From Planctomycetota bacterium (lineage in GTDB: Bacteria > Planctomycetota > UBA1135 > UBA2386), in assembly GCA_965228735.1 (NCBI GenBank), contig OZ245838.1, forward strand, positions 2,304,001-2,368,000: 64,000 bases of DNA, read 5' to 3'. Below, one piece after another: positions 1 through 9,693 of the stretch. The translations under genes and the position numbers were made by a program. The notes under the pieces are model-generated. The model searched no databases and was not told the DNA's origin. It saw only the letters and a program-made list of their open reading frames with translations. How positions within the stretch are numbered: the first letter of the stretch is position 1; each line of letters begins with the position of its first letter.

Positions 1-799
1 AGTCGTAGCACCCCGGTCCGATCGGCAGCGCCGCAGTCGCACCGCCACCACCGGGGCGATAGTCGATGGCGAGGTTGATGTCGTAGGTGTTCGAGACGCC
101 GACCTGGACCGGATTCGGAACGAGGTTGCCGGCCGGATCGGTGACCCACCAGCCATACTGCATGACCCCGCCGTTCGACAGCGTCACGAACGGGTCGCTC
201 CAACTCGTGGCCGGGTTCTGAAAGCCGACGACGGCCTCGATCCGACCCGGGTTCAGCAACGGCACGTTGGTCTGCCCCGGCAACTGGGCGGTGCCGCTCC
301 ACGTGGTCGAGATCACCTCGATGCACAAGCCGTAGCTGCCAACCGGAATCAAGAAGGGCGCCGGCGCGCCCCCGAGATCGCGGAAGTCGGTGATCGGGCT
401 CTCGCCGGGGAACGCAACGACCGTCATCACGCCACGCGCATCCGGCACACCCGCGCCGCTCAGCCCCCACATCGCGCGGTTGGACTCGTTGCCGGTCCGC
501 GAACCCGGAGTCAGGTACACGCGCACCTCGACGCGATTGCCGACCTGGCTCGGGATGACCGGTGAACCGAGGCCCTGGTTGTAGGTCGGGATCGACATCG
601 TCTCGACCTCGATCGGAACCTGCGTATCGATGTCGAAGTAGAAGTTCATGCTCGACGTCGCGTTGGCCCAGGTATGGAACGACGCCGCCCACGGATCGAA
701 GTTGCGGAGCGTCCGGGTCTCGACCGACGCGCACTGAGCCGGTAGGTACGCGGAGAGGGTGGCGAGGAACAGGCCGATGAACGCAGGATTTCGGAGCAT
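1..799 (-). CDS. Secreted hypothetical protein, partial (runs off the left edge)
   Basis: Absent from the ORF track because the stop lies outside the window. Read manually from ATG at 799: MLRNPAFIGLFLATLSAYLPAQCASVETRTLRNFDPWAASF...YRPGGGGATAALPIGPGCYD. Signal-peptide-like N-terminus. Confidence 0.75.
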   Translation of the reverse strand, partial: MLRNPAFIGLFLATLSAYLPAQCASVETRTLRNFDPWAASFHTWANATSSMNFYFDIDTQVPIEVETMSIPTYNQGLGSPVIPSQVGNRVEVRVYLTPGSRTGNESNRAMWGLSGAGVPDARGVMTVVAFPGESPITDFRDLGGAPAPFLIPVGSYGLCIEVISTTWSGTAQLPGQTNVPLLNPGRIEAVVGFQNPATSWSDPFVTLSNGGVMQYGWWVTDPAGNLVPNPVQVGVSNTYDINLAIDYRPGGGGATAALPIGPGCYD

Positions 800-986
800 G
801 AAGGGCGCTACTGAGCGGATTCCGCGAACGGGAGAATCACCCGAGAGTAGCGCGTTCTGCCCCCGGCGGTACCGGGTGACGGCGGGCCGCTGCGAGAACG
901 AGGGAATCGGACATCCCGCCGTTTTTCGCGTGCGGCGTCAGGAACGCTGGGCATCCACCCCGCTACGCACTTCCAGCGCCGAACCC

Positions 987-3401
987 ATGTCCAGTACCCA
1001 CCGTGTCGTAGCGGCGATCGCCGCGCTTCTGCCGTTCACCTGCATCGCAACCGCGCAGGGCATCACCGATCCGCAGGCCCCTCGCGCCGGCCACCCGAGC
1101 GCTGATTACCCAATCGCGCAAGACTCCGAGACCGGCGATCCCCGCGGCATCGCGACGCATGGCACCCGACTCGAGCCCCGAATCACGAGGATCCACACGG
1201 CGCCCGACGACATGGGCGTGCCGTACGGAACATGGGCCGCGGGGGCCGGGTACAAGGCCTCGTTCCACGACGGCATGACGTTCGTGCCGTACCTCGGCCG
1301 CGACTACCCGCACAACCAGCCGTGGTCGTGGACGACGCGATCGGTCGCGATCGGCGAGGTCGAGCTCACCACCGAACCCGCGTCCCACCGTCACACCGAC
1401 ACGCGCTACGAGTACGACCTCGGCGGCGTCACCGAAGCCTACGATGTGCGCCTCGACGGCCTCGAGCAGACCTTCGTGATCCGATCGCGCCCGAACGCCA
1501 CGGGCGATCTGACCGTCGTCGGCGACATCACGAGCGCGCTCGCCGCCGAGCCGACGGCACCCGCGCACGGGCCGCTCGTGTTCCACGATGAACGCGCCGA
1601 ACCGGTCCTGTCCTACGGCGCCGCAACCGCGATCGATGCCGCGGGCCGATCGACGCCGATGTCGACGAGCTACAGCGGCGGCCGCATCACGCTGACCCTC
1701 GACGGCACCTGGCTGCAGAGCGCCACGTTCCCCGTGGTCGTCGATCCGCTGATCGGCAACGTCGCGATGCGATTCGGCACGCCGGCGTTCGACGTCGACG
1801 TGGTGCGCGATGACGTCGGGACCAGCGACAACGTCTGGTACATCTACTCGCGCTCGGCGTCCGCGACCGATACCGACCTCTGGCTCTGGCGGCGCGACGA
1901 CGACCTCCAGTCGACCGACGTCGGCGCGTTCATGGACACGACGACGAGCTGGTCCACGGACGGCGGCAAGCTGGCAGTGAGTGCCGCGACGGGCAAGGTC
2001 GTCGCGGTGTTCAGCCGCCATTGGCCGAGCCTCGTGCCGGAAGCGCGGCGACTGCGCTGGCACGCCCACGACATGTCGGATCTCACGAGCGACACGACCT
2101 ACGGCGCGCTCGTGGTGCAGTCCTCGAGCGGCGTCAACGACTGGCGCCCGGCGATCGGCGGCACGCGCTCGTTCTCGTCGGGCCGCGAGGTCTGCATCGT
2201 CTGGCAGCGCGAGGAGAACGGCGCCGGCAACGGCTTCAGCAACTCCGGGAGCAGCGCGATCTACGGCATGATCCTCGACATGTCGGCGAGCCAGCACGGG
2301 GCTGCGGGCACGCCGTTCCCGATCCGCGAGTATCCCACGCACGATGCCGAACGCCCGTCGATCAACCGGGCTTCCCGTGGCGCCGGCACCTACCGCTGGG
2401 CCGTCGCATACATGCTGTGGGACGGCAATCCGCTCGATCGCGACTGGGACATCTACCTCAAGCACGTCGACAACACGGGCGCCACGTTCGGCAGCGCCAA
2501 CCTCGAACCCAGCGCGCAGAACCACAAGCTCGGCCCGACGATCGACGGTCAGGACGGGCGCTACCTCGTCGTCTACGCGACCGTGCCCACGGCGACCGTC
2601 AACAACAAGACCGACACGATCCAGGGCCACGAGGTCAAGTCGGCGCGAGTGGACACGGTGAACTCGACGTTCACGGTGCTCGGGACCAGGTTCCTGATCT
2701 CCAACTCCGATCGGCGCTGGACGCCGGGCGGCTGCGCCTACGACACCGATTCGGCGAGCCATTGGGCGGTCACGTACCACAGCAACATCACGAACAACTC
2801 GTACATCACGCGGCTCGGCTACACCGGCGCGCTCCTGCGCCAGCACACGCTCTACGACGGCACGGCCACCGACGACCCGTTCGTCGGCGCACTGAGCTTC
2901 GACGACGACAACGACCGGTTCGTCAGCGTCTTCCCGGTCGCCAACCTCAACGCGTTCAGCCCGGTCTACGGTGACCTGCTGACCTACCCGACGGCGCCGC
3001 CGTGGACGCAGACCGGCACGACGTGCTGGACCGCGAACATCAACTGGCGTTCGGCCGGCAGCCTCGATCTGCAGGACCAGCAGATCGGCAACGAGTTCAC
3101 CGAGATCTTCGTCGGCGGCGCGCCGCAAAACGCGGTCCACTTCCTCATGATGTCGCTGGCCCCGAAGAACACGCCGGTCACCATCCCCGTCGTGGCGTCC
3201 GGCTGCCGCCTGCTCGTCGAGGACACCGGTCCCGCCTACCTCGGCGTCTTCCCGATCCGGATCGGCAACCTCGTGAGCTGGCAGCTGCCGCTGCCCGAGT
3301 TCTTGCCGGCGATGACGCTCTACTTCCAGGACTGGCACACGGACAGCTCGGCGTCGACGATGTACTCGACGCGACGGCTCACGGTGCCGCTCGTGCGGTG
3401 A
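987..3401 (+). CDS. Large secreted/surface protein (N-terminal domain ending FPVVVDP, beta-rich repeats, shared C-terminal domain)
   Basis: ORF 759..3401 with likely ATG at 987 (MSSTHRVVAAIAALLPFTCIATAQ, a signal peptide). High-GC3 codon usage. Confidence 0.8.
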   Translation: MSSTHRVVAAIAALLPFTCIATAQGITDPQAPRAGHPSADYPIAQDSETGDPRGIATHGTRLEPRITRIHTAPDDMGVPYGTWAAGAGYKASFHDGMTFVPYLGRDYPHNQPWSWTTRSVAIGEVELTTEPASHRHTDTRYEYDLGGVTEAYDVRLDGLEQTFVIRSRPNATGDLTVVGDITSALAAEPTAPAHGPLVFHDERAEPVLSYGAATAIDAAGRSTPMSTSYSGGRITLTLDGTWLQSATFPVVVDPLIGNVAMRFGTPAFDVDVVRDDVGTSDNVWYIYSRSASATDTDLWLWRRDDDLQSTDVGAFMDTTTSWSTDGGKLAVSAATGKVVAVFSRHWPSLVPEARRLRWHAHDMSDLTSDTTYGALVVQSSSGVNDWRPAIGGTRSFSSGREVCIVWQREENGAGNGFSNSGSSAIYGMILDMSASQHGAAGTPFPIREYPTHDAERPSINRASRGAGTYRWAVAYMLWDGNPLDRDWDIYLKHVDNTGATFGSANLEPSAQNHKLGPTIDGQDGRYLVVYATVPTATVNNKTDTIQGHEVKSARVDTVNSTFTVLGTRFLISNSDRRWTPGGCAYDTDSASHWAVTYHSNITNNSYITRLGYTGALLRQHTLYDGTATDDPFVGALSFDDDNDRFVSVFPVANLNAFSPVYGDLLTYPTAPPWTQTGTTCWTANINWRSAGSLDLQDQQIGNEFTEIFVGGAPQNAVHFLMMSLAPKNTPVTIPVVASGCRLLVEDTGPAYLGVFPIRIGNLVSWQLPLPEFLPAMTLYFQDWHTDSSASTMYSTRRLTVPLVR

Positions 3402-3409
3402 TCGGCGCG

Positions 3410-5620
3410 TCAGCGCGGCGACTTGGCGAGCCGGGTCAGCCGTGCGGCCAGATCGGCCGGCGCCTCGAGCTGCACACCGCCCGCCGGTCCTTCGGGCGGC
3501 ACGACGATCCGTTCTTCGAACGCGTGCACGCGAGTCGACCCGGCCCACGGGGCCGGGTTGGGCAGGCCGCGTGCGTCGTACTGCATCGCGTGCAGCTCGA
3601 GCTGCAGCGGCGCACCGCGAGGCACGAACATCCGGCCTCGCCCACCAACCAGCCGTTCGACCGGCACGCGATCGACCAGGCCCAGCCCGCGCACCGCGAG
3701 CCCGAAGATCCAGGAACCATCGCCGGGCAGGCCGTTGACCACGACGTCGACGATGACCGGGTCGATCTCGACCTCACGATCACCACGGACGTGCACGCGC
3801 CGCAGGATCGGTCCGAACTCCACGTCGGCGCCATCCTCCGCGGGAACGAGCACCTGGACGCACGCCGTGGCGTCCGACGTGATGCCGGGCACCGGGCACG
3901 GTCGACCATCCGCATCGACGAGCCGGACCCTGTACGGACGCAGGGTGTCGGGCAGCGAGAGCTCGACCGTCGCGGGTTCGCGACGGTGACGATCGGCGAG
4001 GACGAGGCCCGTCACGTTCGCGAGAACGTCCAACTCACCCGCGCCGTCGCCATGGCCGATGACGACGTCGTACGTGCCCGGCTGCAATGAGAACCCGAAC
4101 CTGCCGTGGCGCCGGAGGCCACTCCACGCGCACCGCTTCGAGCCGCGATGCTCGCGCGCTTCGACGGCGAGGTGCGGCCAGACCGGCAGGTCGAGCAGCC
4201 CGCGCAAGCGACCACGGAACGCCGGCTCGCGCGTGGCCTTCTCACCGACGGTGACCACCACGTCTTCGCGCCCGCGCGCCACCGGCGGCGTGAGCATGCG
4301 ACCGTACTCCGGCACGTACAGCCCCATCGGTCCCTGGAACCACGGCCCGATGTGGATCCGGAACCGGCCCTCGTCGTCGCTCGACCCTCCCGCCCAGGCA
4401 CCATTGCCGTCGCTGAGTGAGAGCTGGGTGGCGACCGGTCGCCCGTCGCGATCGACGACCCGACCGGCGCAGTACAACGAGCGCGAGGACGCGGTCAGGA
4501 CCAGGTCGCTGACCTCCTGCGCACGCGGCCACGGCAGGTCCGGCAACTCGAACGGCGCGCACGACCACTCTTCGTGGTCCTCGTCCCGGAGCCGCACGAT
4601 CGCCCGCTGCCGGCCGCGTCGCCATCGCACGACGACCATCCCGCCTTCGATCCGAACGCCGCCGTCGTAGACCTGGTGCAGGCGCAGCACGTTGCCGTTC
4701 TCGTCGACGGGCCGGTAGCGCAGCTCCGGCGGCGGGGCCTCTACCTGCAGCTCCATGCGCACCGTCTCGGTCGTGCGCAGGACGATCGGGCCGTGGGTAT
4801 GCCCGGCAGCGACGAACCGAACGGGCACGCCGAGCGGCAGCCCGGTGACCCGGAGTTCGGCGCCCGCAGCGGCGAACGAGCGATGGTTGACGTTGCCGTC
4901 GAACGGCACCGCAGCGATCACCGAAACGGATCCGATCGATTCGGGCGCGCCATCGTGCAGGCCGACGAGGTGCAGCGTCCCCGTCTCGGGCAAACGGACC
5001 TCGCGCGGCTCGCGGCCCACGGCCGACGCGCGCAGGTCGACGACCTGACCGCCCGGCGGCAGCGCGCCGAACGGCGTTCGACGGTGCGCCAGACCACCGA
5101 CGACGTGATAGCGGGTACTCGCAACGGCGGGCGGCTCGAGCCGCCAACGAACCTCGCCGCGCCGGTCGCTCACTCCGCCCCCGAGCCGATACCCCACGAC
5201 CGGCGAGCCATCCGCGGCGACGATGCGCAACGACAACTCCGCGGTCGGCGCCGGCGCGAGAACGGGCGAGGCCTCGACCGAGACACCTGCCATCCAGCGA
5301 TCACCGTCCAGGACGACGACGGCGCACCCGGTCGGAACGGTGCCGCGCGCGTCGTCATCCAACGGCACCCGCCGGCCGGACCGCGCCGCGGCCGCGACGT
5401 AGTCGCGCCTCTCGAACCGCGTCGGCCACACCTCCCGCGGCAGCGCGATCACCAACGCCCGCGGCAGTGCCTCGCCGGTGCGCCAATCCACGACCCGGAT
5501 CGGACTGCCCTCGACGTTCTCGACGAGCGGCAGATCGAGCAGCGCCTGCACGGACTCCTGCGCCCGCCCCGCGCTCACGGTGGCCATCCACAACCCGAAA
5601 GCCAGTGCTCGCCCCACCAT
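3410..5620 (-). CDS. Secreted hypothetical protein with carboxypeptidase-regulatory-like (prealbumin-fold) repeats
   Basis: Signal peptide ending AGRAQ. Motifs GRVVDRDGRPV...SDDEGRFRI, LQPGTYDV and VRLVDADGRP. Confidence 0.65.
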   Translation of the reverse strand: MVGRALAFGLWMATVSAGRAQESVQALLDLPLVENVEGSPIRVVDWRTGEALPRALVIALPREVWPTRFERRDYVAAAARSGRRVPLDDDARGTVPTGCAVVVLDGDRWMAGVSVEASPVLAPAPTAELSLRIVAADGSPVVGYRLGGGVSDRRGEVRWRLEPPAVASTRYHVVGGLAHRRTPFGALPPGGQVVDLRASAVGREPREVRLPETGTLHLVGLHDGAPESIGSVSVIAAVPFDGNVNHRSFAAAGAELRVTGLPLGVPVRFVAAGHTHGPIVLRTTETVRMELQVEAPPPELRYRPVDENGNVLRLHQVYDGGVRIEGGMVVVRWRRGRQRAIVRLRDEDHEEWSCAPFELPDLPWPRAQEVSDLVLTASSRSLYCAGRVVDRDGRPVATQLSLSDGNGAWAGGSSDDEGRFRIHIGPWFQGPMGLYVPEYGRMLTPPVARGREDVVVTVGEKATREPAFRGRLRGLLDLPVWPHLAVEAREHRGSKRCAWSGLRRHGRFGFSLQPGTYDVVIGHGDGAGELDVLANVTGLVLADRHRREPATVELSLPDTLRPYRVRLVDADGRPCPVPGITSDATACVQVLVPAEDGADVEFGPILRRVHVRGDREVEIDPVIVDVVVNGLPGDGSWIFGLAVRGLGLVDRVPVERLVGGRGRMFVPRGAPLQLELHAMQYDARGLPNPAPWAGSTRVHAFEERIVVPPEGPAGGVQLEAPADLAARLTRLAKSPR

Positions 5621-5773
5621 GGCGGCATTGTCGCCGGTGGGCAGCGCCGATGCCAGGCGGCGCGTCGGCGATCGGGCTACTGCGGTGGGAACACTCGTCG
5701 AGCCCGTTCGTCCTCATCCATGCGTGGCATCGCCGCCGGAATGACGCGACACCAACGGCAGGGCCGACCGTGG

Positions 5774-6037
5774 TCAGTAGTCGAGTCGTACCCGAGCGAA
5801 GCGGTTGTCGTCGTCGAAGTAGATGTAGACGAGCGGCCACGACAACGTCTGCTCGTAGGTCCACGAGCTGCCGGAGTCATACTTCGGGCGGCCGACGATC
5901 GCGCGCACCTCGTCCTTGGACATGCCCACTTCGAGCCGGTCGAGATCATCGAGGTCGACCGGCCACTGATTGATGCGCCACATCAACGCTGCGAACCCGA
6001 GCACAACGATCGAAACGACGATGACGACCGCCCGCAT
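5774..6037 (-). CDS. Small membrane-anchored SmpA/OmlA (BamE-like) domain protein
   Basis: N-terminal hydrophobic helix followed by RLEVGMSKDEVRAIVGRP...WTY...VYIYFDDDNR. ATG at 6037. Confidence 0.6.
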   Translation of the reverse strand: MRAVVIVVSIVVLGFAALMWRINQWPVDLDDLDRLEVGMSKDEVRAIVGRPKYDSGSSWTYEQTLSWPLVYIYFDDDNRFARVRLDY

Positions 6038-6176
6038 CACCGCAACCAGAAAGCGACGGAGGCGCTGCACGGCGCCAACCGTATCGGCGCCTGCACCCAC
6101 CCCCAACCCGGGGCAGCCGGCGGCTCGGACGAACGCCTGGCAACGAGCCCAGAGCGACCCGTGTAGAGTGATCATC

Positions 6177-6497
6177 ATGCCGAGCGACAAGCGCATGTCG
6201 GCGATGGCCACCGGAACCTGCCTGCTGATCAGCCTCGGTCTGGTCGCCGGCTACGTCGGCCTCTGGCTTCGACTCGTCTGCGATGTTCAGCACTACCCGC
6301 CAGCGGCGATCGGCGGGAGCTACTTGCTGATCTTCGCGCTCCCAGTTGCGGGGGTGGCGCTCTTGATCACCCTGGCGCTCTGGATCGGCCGGCGACGCGG
6401 CGCAGCCACGACCGTCGTCGTGACAACGGCTGGGGCAGCGGCCTTCATCTGGACGGGAGCCGCAGCAGCCGTCGGAATCTGGCTCGCCAGACAGTGA
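6177..6497 (+). CDS. Small hypothetical membrane protein (about 3 TM helices)
   Basis: Three hydrophobic segments in ORF 5970..6497, counted from ATG 6177. Confidence 0.45.
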   Translation: MPSDKRMSAMATGTCLLISLGLVAGYVGLWLRLVCDVQHYPPAAIGGSYLLIFALPVAGVALLITLALWIGRRRGAATTVVVTTAGAAAFIWTGAAAAVGIWLARQ

Positions 6498-6634
6498 GCC
6501 CAGGCCCGAGCTGGCTCGACGCGCGTGCGACTTCGATCCCGACCTCGCGCGACGTATGGCAGTAGACGTCGGTCGTCGTCGATTCCTCGTGGTCGGCAGC
6601 CGCATGGGCACCGTCCGATCGACAGCGGGAGAAA

Positions 6635-6711
<77 letters not shown>

Positions 6712-6845
6712 ACAACGCTCCGCCAGCATCCTGGTCGAGACCAGGTCCGGCGAGCGAGCGGAGAAACCTAGCGAGCGCCGACACCGCGGTCAAGGCTTCC
6801 GCGGCAAGTCGTCTCGGACTGGGGCTGCGGGCCGCTTGCCGGCCC

Positions 6846-8108
6846 CTACAGCCGGATCTCGACCGCGTTGCTCAGCGTGATGTCCGCGAGCTGGAGCCCG
6901 TCGATCGCGACGTGCTGCAGATACACAGACGCGCCGAAGAACGACACGTTCGTCGGCAGGCTGTGCCGCATGACGCCCGCCGCATCGGCCTGGACCGCGA
7001 TGCGGGTCACGGGGTCGAGATACTGCAGGCAGCCGGTCGTGCCGAGCAGCGGATCGAGGTTGAGCGGCGGGGTCAGCGGCTGGAACGCGATCGCGACGTT
7101 GCCGACCGCGTTCGGCCGATGCGAAGCGGTGACGGATACCACCGGGTTGCCGACGCCATGGATGGTCTCGGTGCGCAGCCACGGGGTGCCGTACGACGAC
7201 GAACACGGGTATCCGAACGTGCACGCCTGGCCATCGCCGGGCAGTCGCGCCACGGTGACGCCGGTCACGGCACCAGAACCGCCGGCGGTGCCGACGAGCG
7301 TCGGCCGCCCGGACGATCGATCGACGGCGAACACGCGCCCTTGCGACGTGCCCGTCAGAAACCGACCGCGGCTGTCGACGGCAATTCCGTTGGGGTCGGG
7401 GATCGCGGAGTTGGGCGCGATCAGGTCGGTGACGGATCCGTTCCCGTCCACGCGGACGAGTCGGTTGGCCGGCGCGCCGACCGCGGCGAGGACGTCGCCC
7501 GTGCACGGATCGAATCCGACGCCCGTCACCGAGCCGCCGAGCCCGTTCACCCACGCGACCGCGGTGCTCGCCCCGGCCGGCAGACGGAAGAGCGCACCGT
7601 TGCCGCCCGCGATGAAGTCGCCGGTCGCCGGATCGACGGCGCCCGCGTTGAGCCCGCCACCCCAGGGCTGCACGCCGATCGACACGGGCGTCACGGCGCC
7701 AGCCGCGTCGATCCGACGCACCTGACCGGCCCAGGCATCGGCGACCCAAACGTTGCCGAACGCGTCGAAGCTCATCTGCGTCGCGATCCCGATCGCGTTC
7801 GTGATCAACGTGTAGCTGACCGTCATCGGTGCCGTGACGCGCGCTTCGCCGACGAAGCCATAGCCGCCGATCAGGAACACGTCCGGATCGCTCGGTCGAT
7901 GCAGGATCGACTCGGCCGTGCCGGGACTGATCGTGCCGCCGAAGTTGGGCGTCACGGTGAGCGTCACCCGCGCACCGCTGCTGTCGAGGTAGGCCAGGTC
8001 CGACGTCGACGGCACGCACACCCCCACCCAATCGGACCGCATCGTCTGCGCGAACGCGCCGACGGAGCACAGTCCGACCGACGCCAGCAGGCAGACGAGT
8101 CGGGGCAT
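6846..8108 (-). CDS. Secreted beta-propeller (NHL/SMP-30-like) protein with shared C-terminal domain
   Basis: ATG 8108 with a signal peptide ending GAFAQ. Blade-like repeats FDAFGNVWVAD, VDPATGDFIAG, FDPCTGDVLAA and PNGIAVDSRGRFL. Confidence 0.75.
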   Translation of the reverse strand: MPRLVCLLASVGLCSVGAFAQTMRSDWVGVCVPSTSDLAYLDSSGARVTLTVTPNFGGTISPGTAESILHRPSDPDVFLIGGYGFVGEARVTAPMTVSYTLITNAIGIATQMSFDAFGNVWVADAWAGQVRRIDAAGAVTPVSIGVQPWGGGLNAGAVDPATGDFIAGGNGALFRLPAGASTAVAWVNGLGGSVTGVGFDPCTGDVLAAVGAPANRLVRVDGNGSVTDLIAPNSAIPDPNGIAVDSRGRFLTGTSQGRVFAVDRSSGRPTLVGTAGGSGAVTGVTVARLPGDGQACTFGYPCSSSYGTPWLRTETIHGVGNPVVSVTASHRPNAVGNVAIAFQPLTPPLNLDPLLGTTGCLQYLDPVTRIAVQADAAGVMRHSLPTNVSFFGASVYLQHVAIDGLQLADITLSNAVEIRL

Positions 8109-8266
8109 GACGGGGTGGTGGAACGGTGGGTGGCGAGAGGCAGGAGCGGGGCAACGCCACCGCTCCCCGGGAAGCGCATTATTCAACAGGCAGGAGCGTC
8201 GTGCGACCCCACCCTTCCCGTGAATCTCGCAAGAAGGTCGGGTATGCACGGTCGCCCGAACGACCG

Positions 8267-9652
8267 ATGCGCATCCACCTGCTCCTCCCCGAAGTCCGCG
8301 AACTGCTGCAAGAGCAGCGAATGGAGGATCTGCAGGCCGTTCTGGCGGAGATGCACCCGACGGACGCCGCGGCGATCCTAAGCGGCCTCGAGGTCGACGA
8401 GCTCGCCGCGGTCCTGGCCGCCGTGCCGGCCGACCTCGAGCGTGACATCTTCCACTACCTCGATCCCGACGTTCAGGAACAATACGTGACAGGGGCCGGC
8501 CGCGAACGCGTGCGCGCCGTGCTCGTCGGGATGCTCAGCGACGACCGCGCCGAGTTCCTCGAACGCCTCGACGAACGCGTTCGCGACAGCCTCATTCCGC
8601 TGCTGCCGAGCGCGGCGCGCGAAGACCTCGTGCGGCGCGCGCCGTTCGAGGAGGACCAGGTCGGCTCGTTCCTCACGACCGACTACGCGATCCTCAACCC
8701 GGCGCTGTCCGTCGGCAAGGCGATCGCGGAGCTGCGGAAGCAGGCGCCGAAGAAGGAGACGATCTACTACAGCTACGTCGTCGATCGCGCCGGGCAGCTC
8801 ATCGGGTTCGTGTCGCTACGCGACCTCATCCTCGCCGACGACGAGACGCCGTTGCGCGAGGTGATGAAAACGGAGCTCGTGTCGATCAAGGCCGAGGCCG
8901 ACCAGGAGGAAGCGGCGCACATCATCCGCGACTACGACCTCCTCGCGCTGCCCGTCGTCGACGACCTCGGCCGCCTCGTCGGCATCGTGACGCACGACGA
9001 CGCGGTCGACATCGTCGAAGAGGAAGCCAAGGAGGACCTCGAGAAGATGGCCGGCCTGACCGGTCACGCCGAAGAAGGCGACTACGGCTACCTCGACGAA
9101 CCTGTTTGGCGACAGGTGCGACGGCGCGCGCCGGTGCTGTGTCTGCTCGCGCTGTTCGGGGTCGTGACGTCGGGCGTGATCGAGGGGTTTGCGGGCCAGC
9201 TGACCGAGATCTCGGCGATGCTCGTCGGGCTCATGCCCGTCGTCATGGCGACCGGGGGCATGGTCGGCACGCAGGCCAGCGCGCTGATCATCCGCACGCT
9301 GTCCGCCGGCGAGACCGAGTCCGGACCGTGGTTGCAGTTCATCTGGAAGGAGCTGCGAGTCGGCGGCCTGATGGCGCTCATCCTCGCCATCATCGCGCTG
9401 ATCGACTCGTTGATCGTCGGCTCCCTCACGAGCTCGGACGCGCTGTCCCGCATCGCCATCGTCGGCCTCGTCGTCGGCCTCGCGATGCTCGCGCACGTCA
9501 TCTCGGCCGCGCTGCTCGGCGCCTTCACGCCGATCATCGTCAAGAAGCTGCGCGGCGACCCGGCGATGATCAGCACGCCCGCCGTTACCGGCATCGCCGA
9601 CTTCACGGGCGCGGCGATCTACGTCGTGCTGATCACGGCCCTATTGTCCTGA
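8267..9652 (+). CDS. mgtE: Magnesium transporter MgtE
   Basis: N-terminal MHPTDAA helical domain, CBS pair (ETIYYSYVVD, YDLLALPVVD, GIVTHDD), TM domain with TGGMVGTQ and DPAMISTPAVTGIADFTG. Confidence 0.93.
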   Translation: MRIHLLLPEVRELLQEQRMEDLQAVLAEMHPTDAAAILSGLEVDELAAVLAAVPADLERDIFHYLDPDVQEQYVTGAGRERVRAVLVGMLSDDRAEFLERLDERVRDSLIPLLPSAAREDLVRRAPFEEDQVGSFLTTDYAILNPALSVGKAIAELRKQAPKKETIYYSYVVDRAGQLIGFVSLRDLILADDETPLREVMKTELVSIKAEADQEEAAHIIRDYDLLALPVVDDLGRLVGIVTHDDAVDIVEEEAKEDLEKMAGLTGHAEEGDYGYLDEPVWRQVRRRAPVLCLLALFGVVTSGVIEGFAGQLTEISAMLVGLMPVVMATGGMVGTQASALIIRTLSAGETESGPWLQFIWKELRVGGLMALILAIIALIDSLIVGSLTSSDALSRIAIVGLVVGLAMLAHVISAALLGAFTPIIVKKLRGDPAMISTPAVTGIADFTGAAIYVVLITALLS

Positions 9653-9693
9653 TCTGCGGCTGTCCTGATCTGCTGGCCGCCGCCGAACGGCCG

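Noticed and set aside
8109..8266. Mg2+ (M-box) riboswitch upstream of mgtE
   Set aside because: The gap is a short divergent intergenic region in which I could not recognise M-box features.
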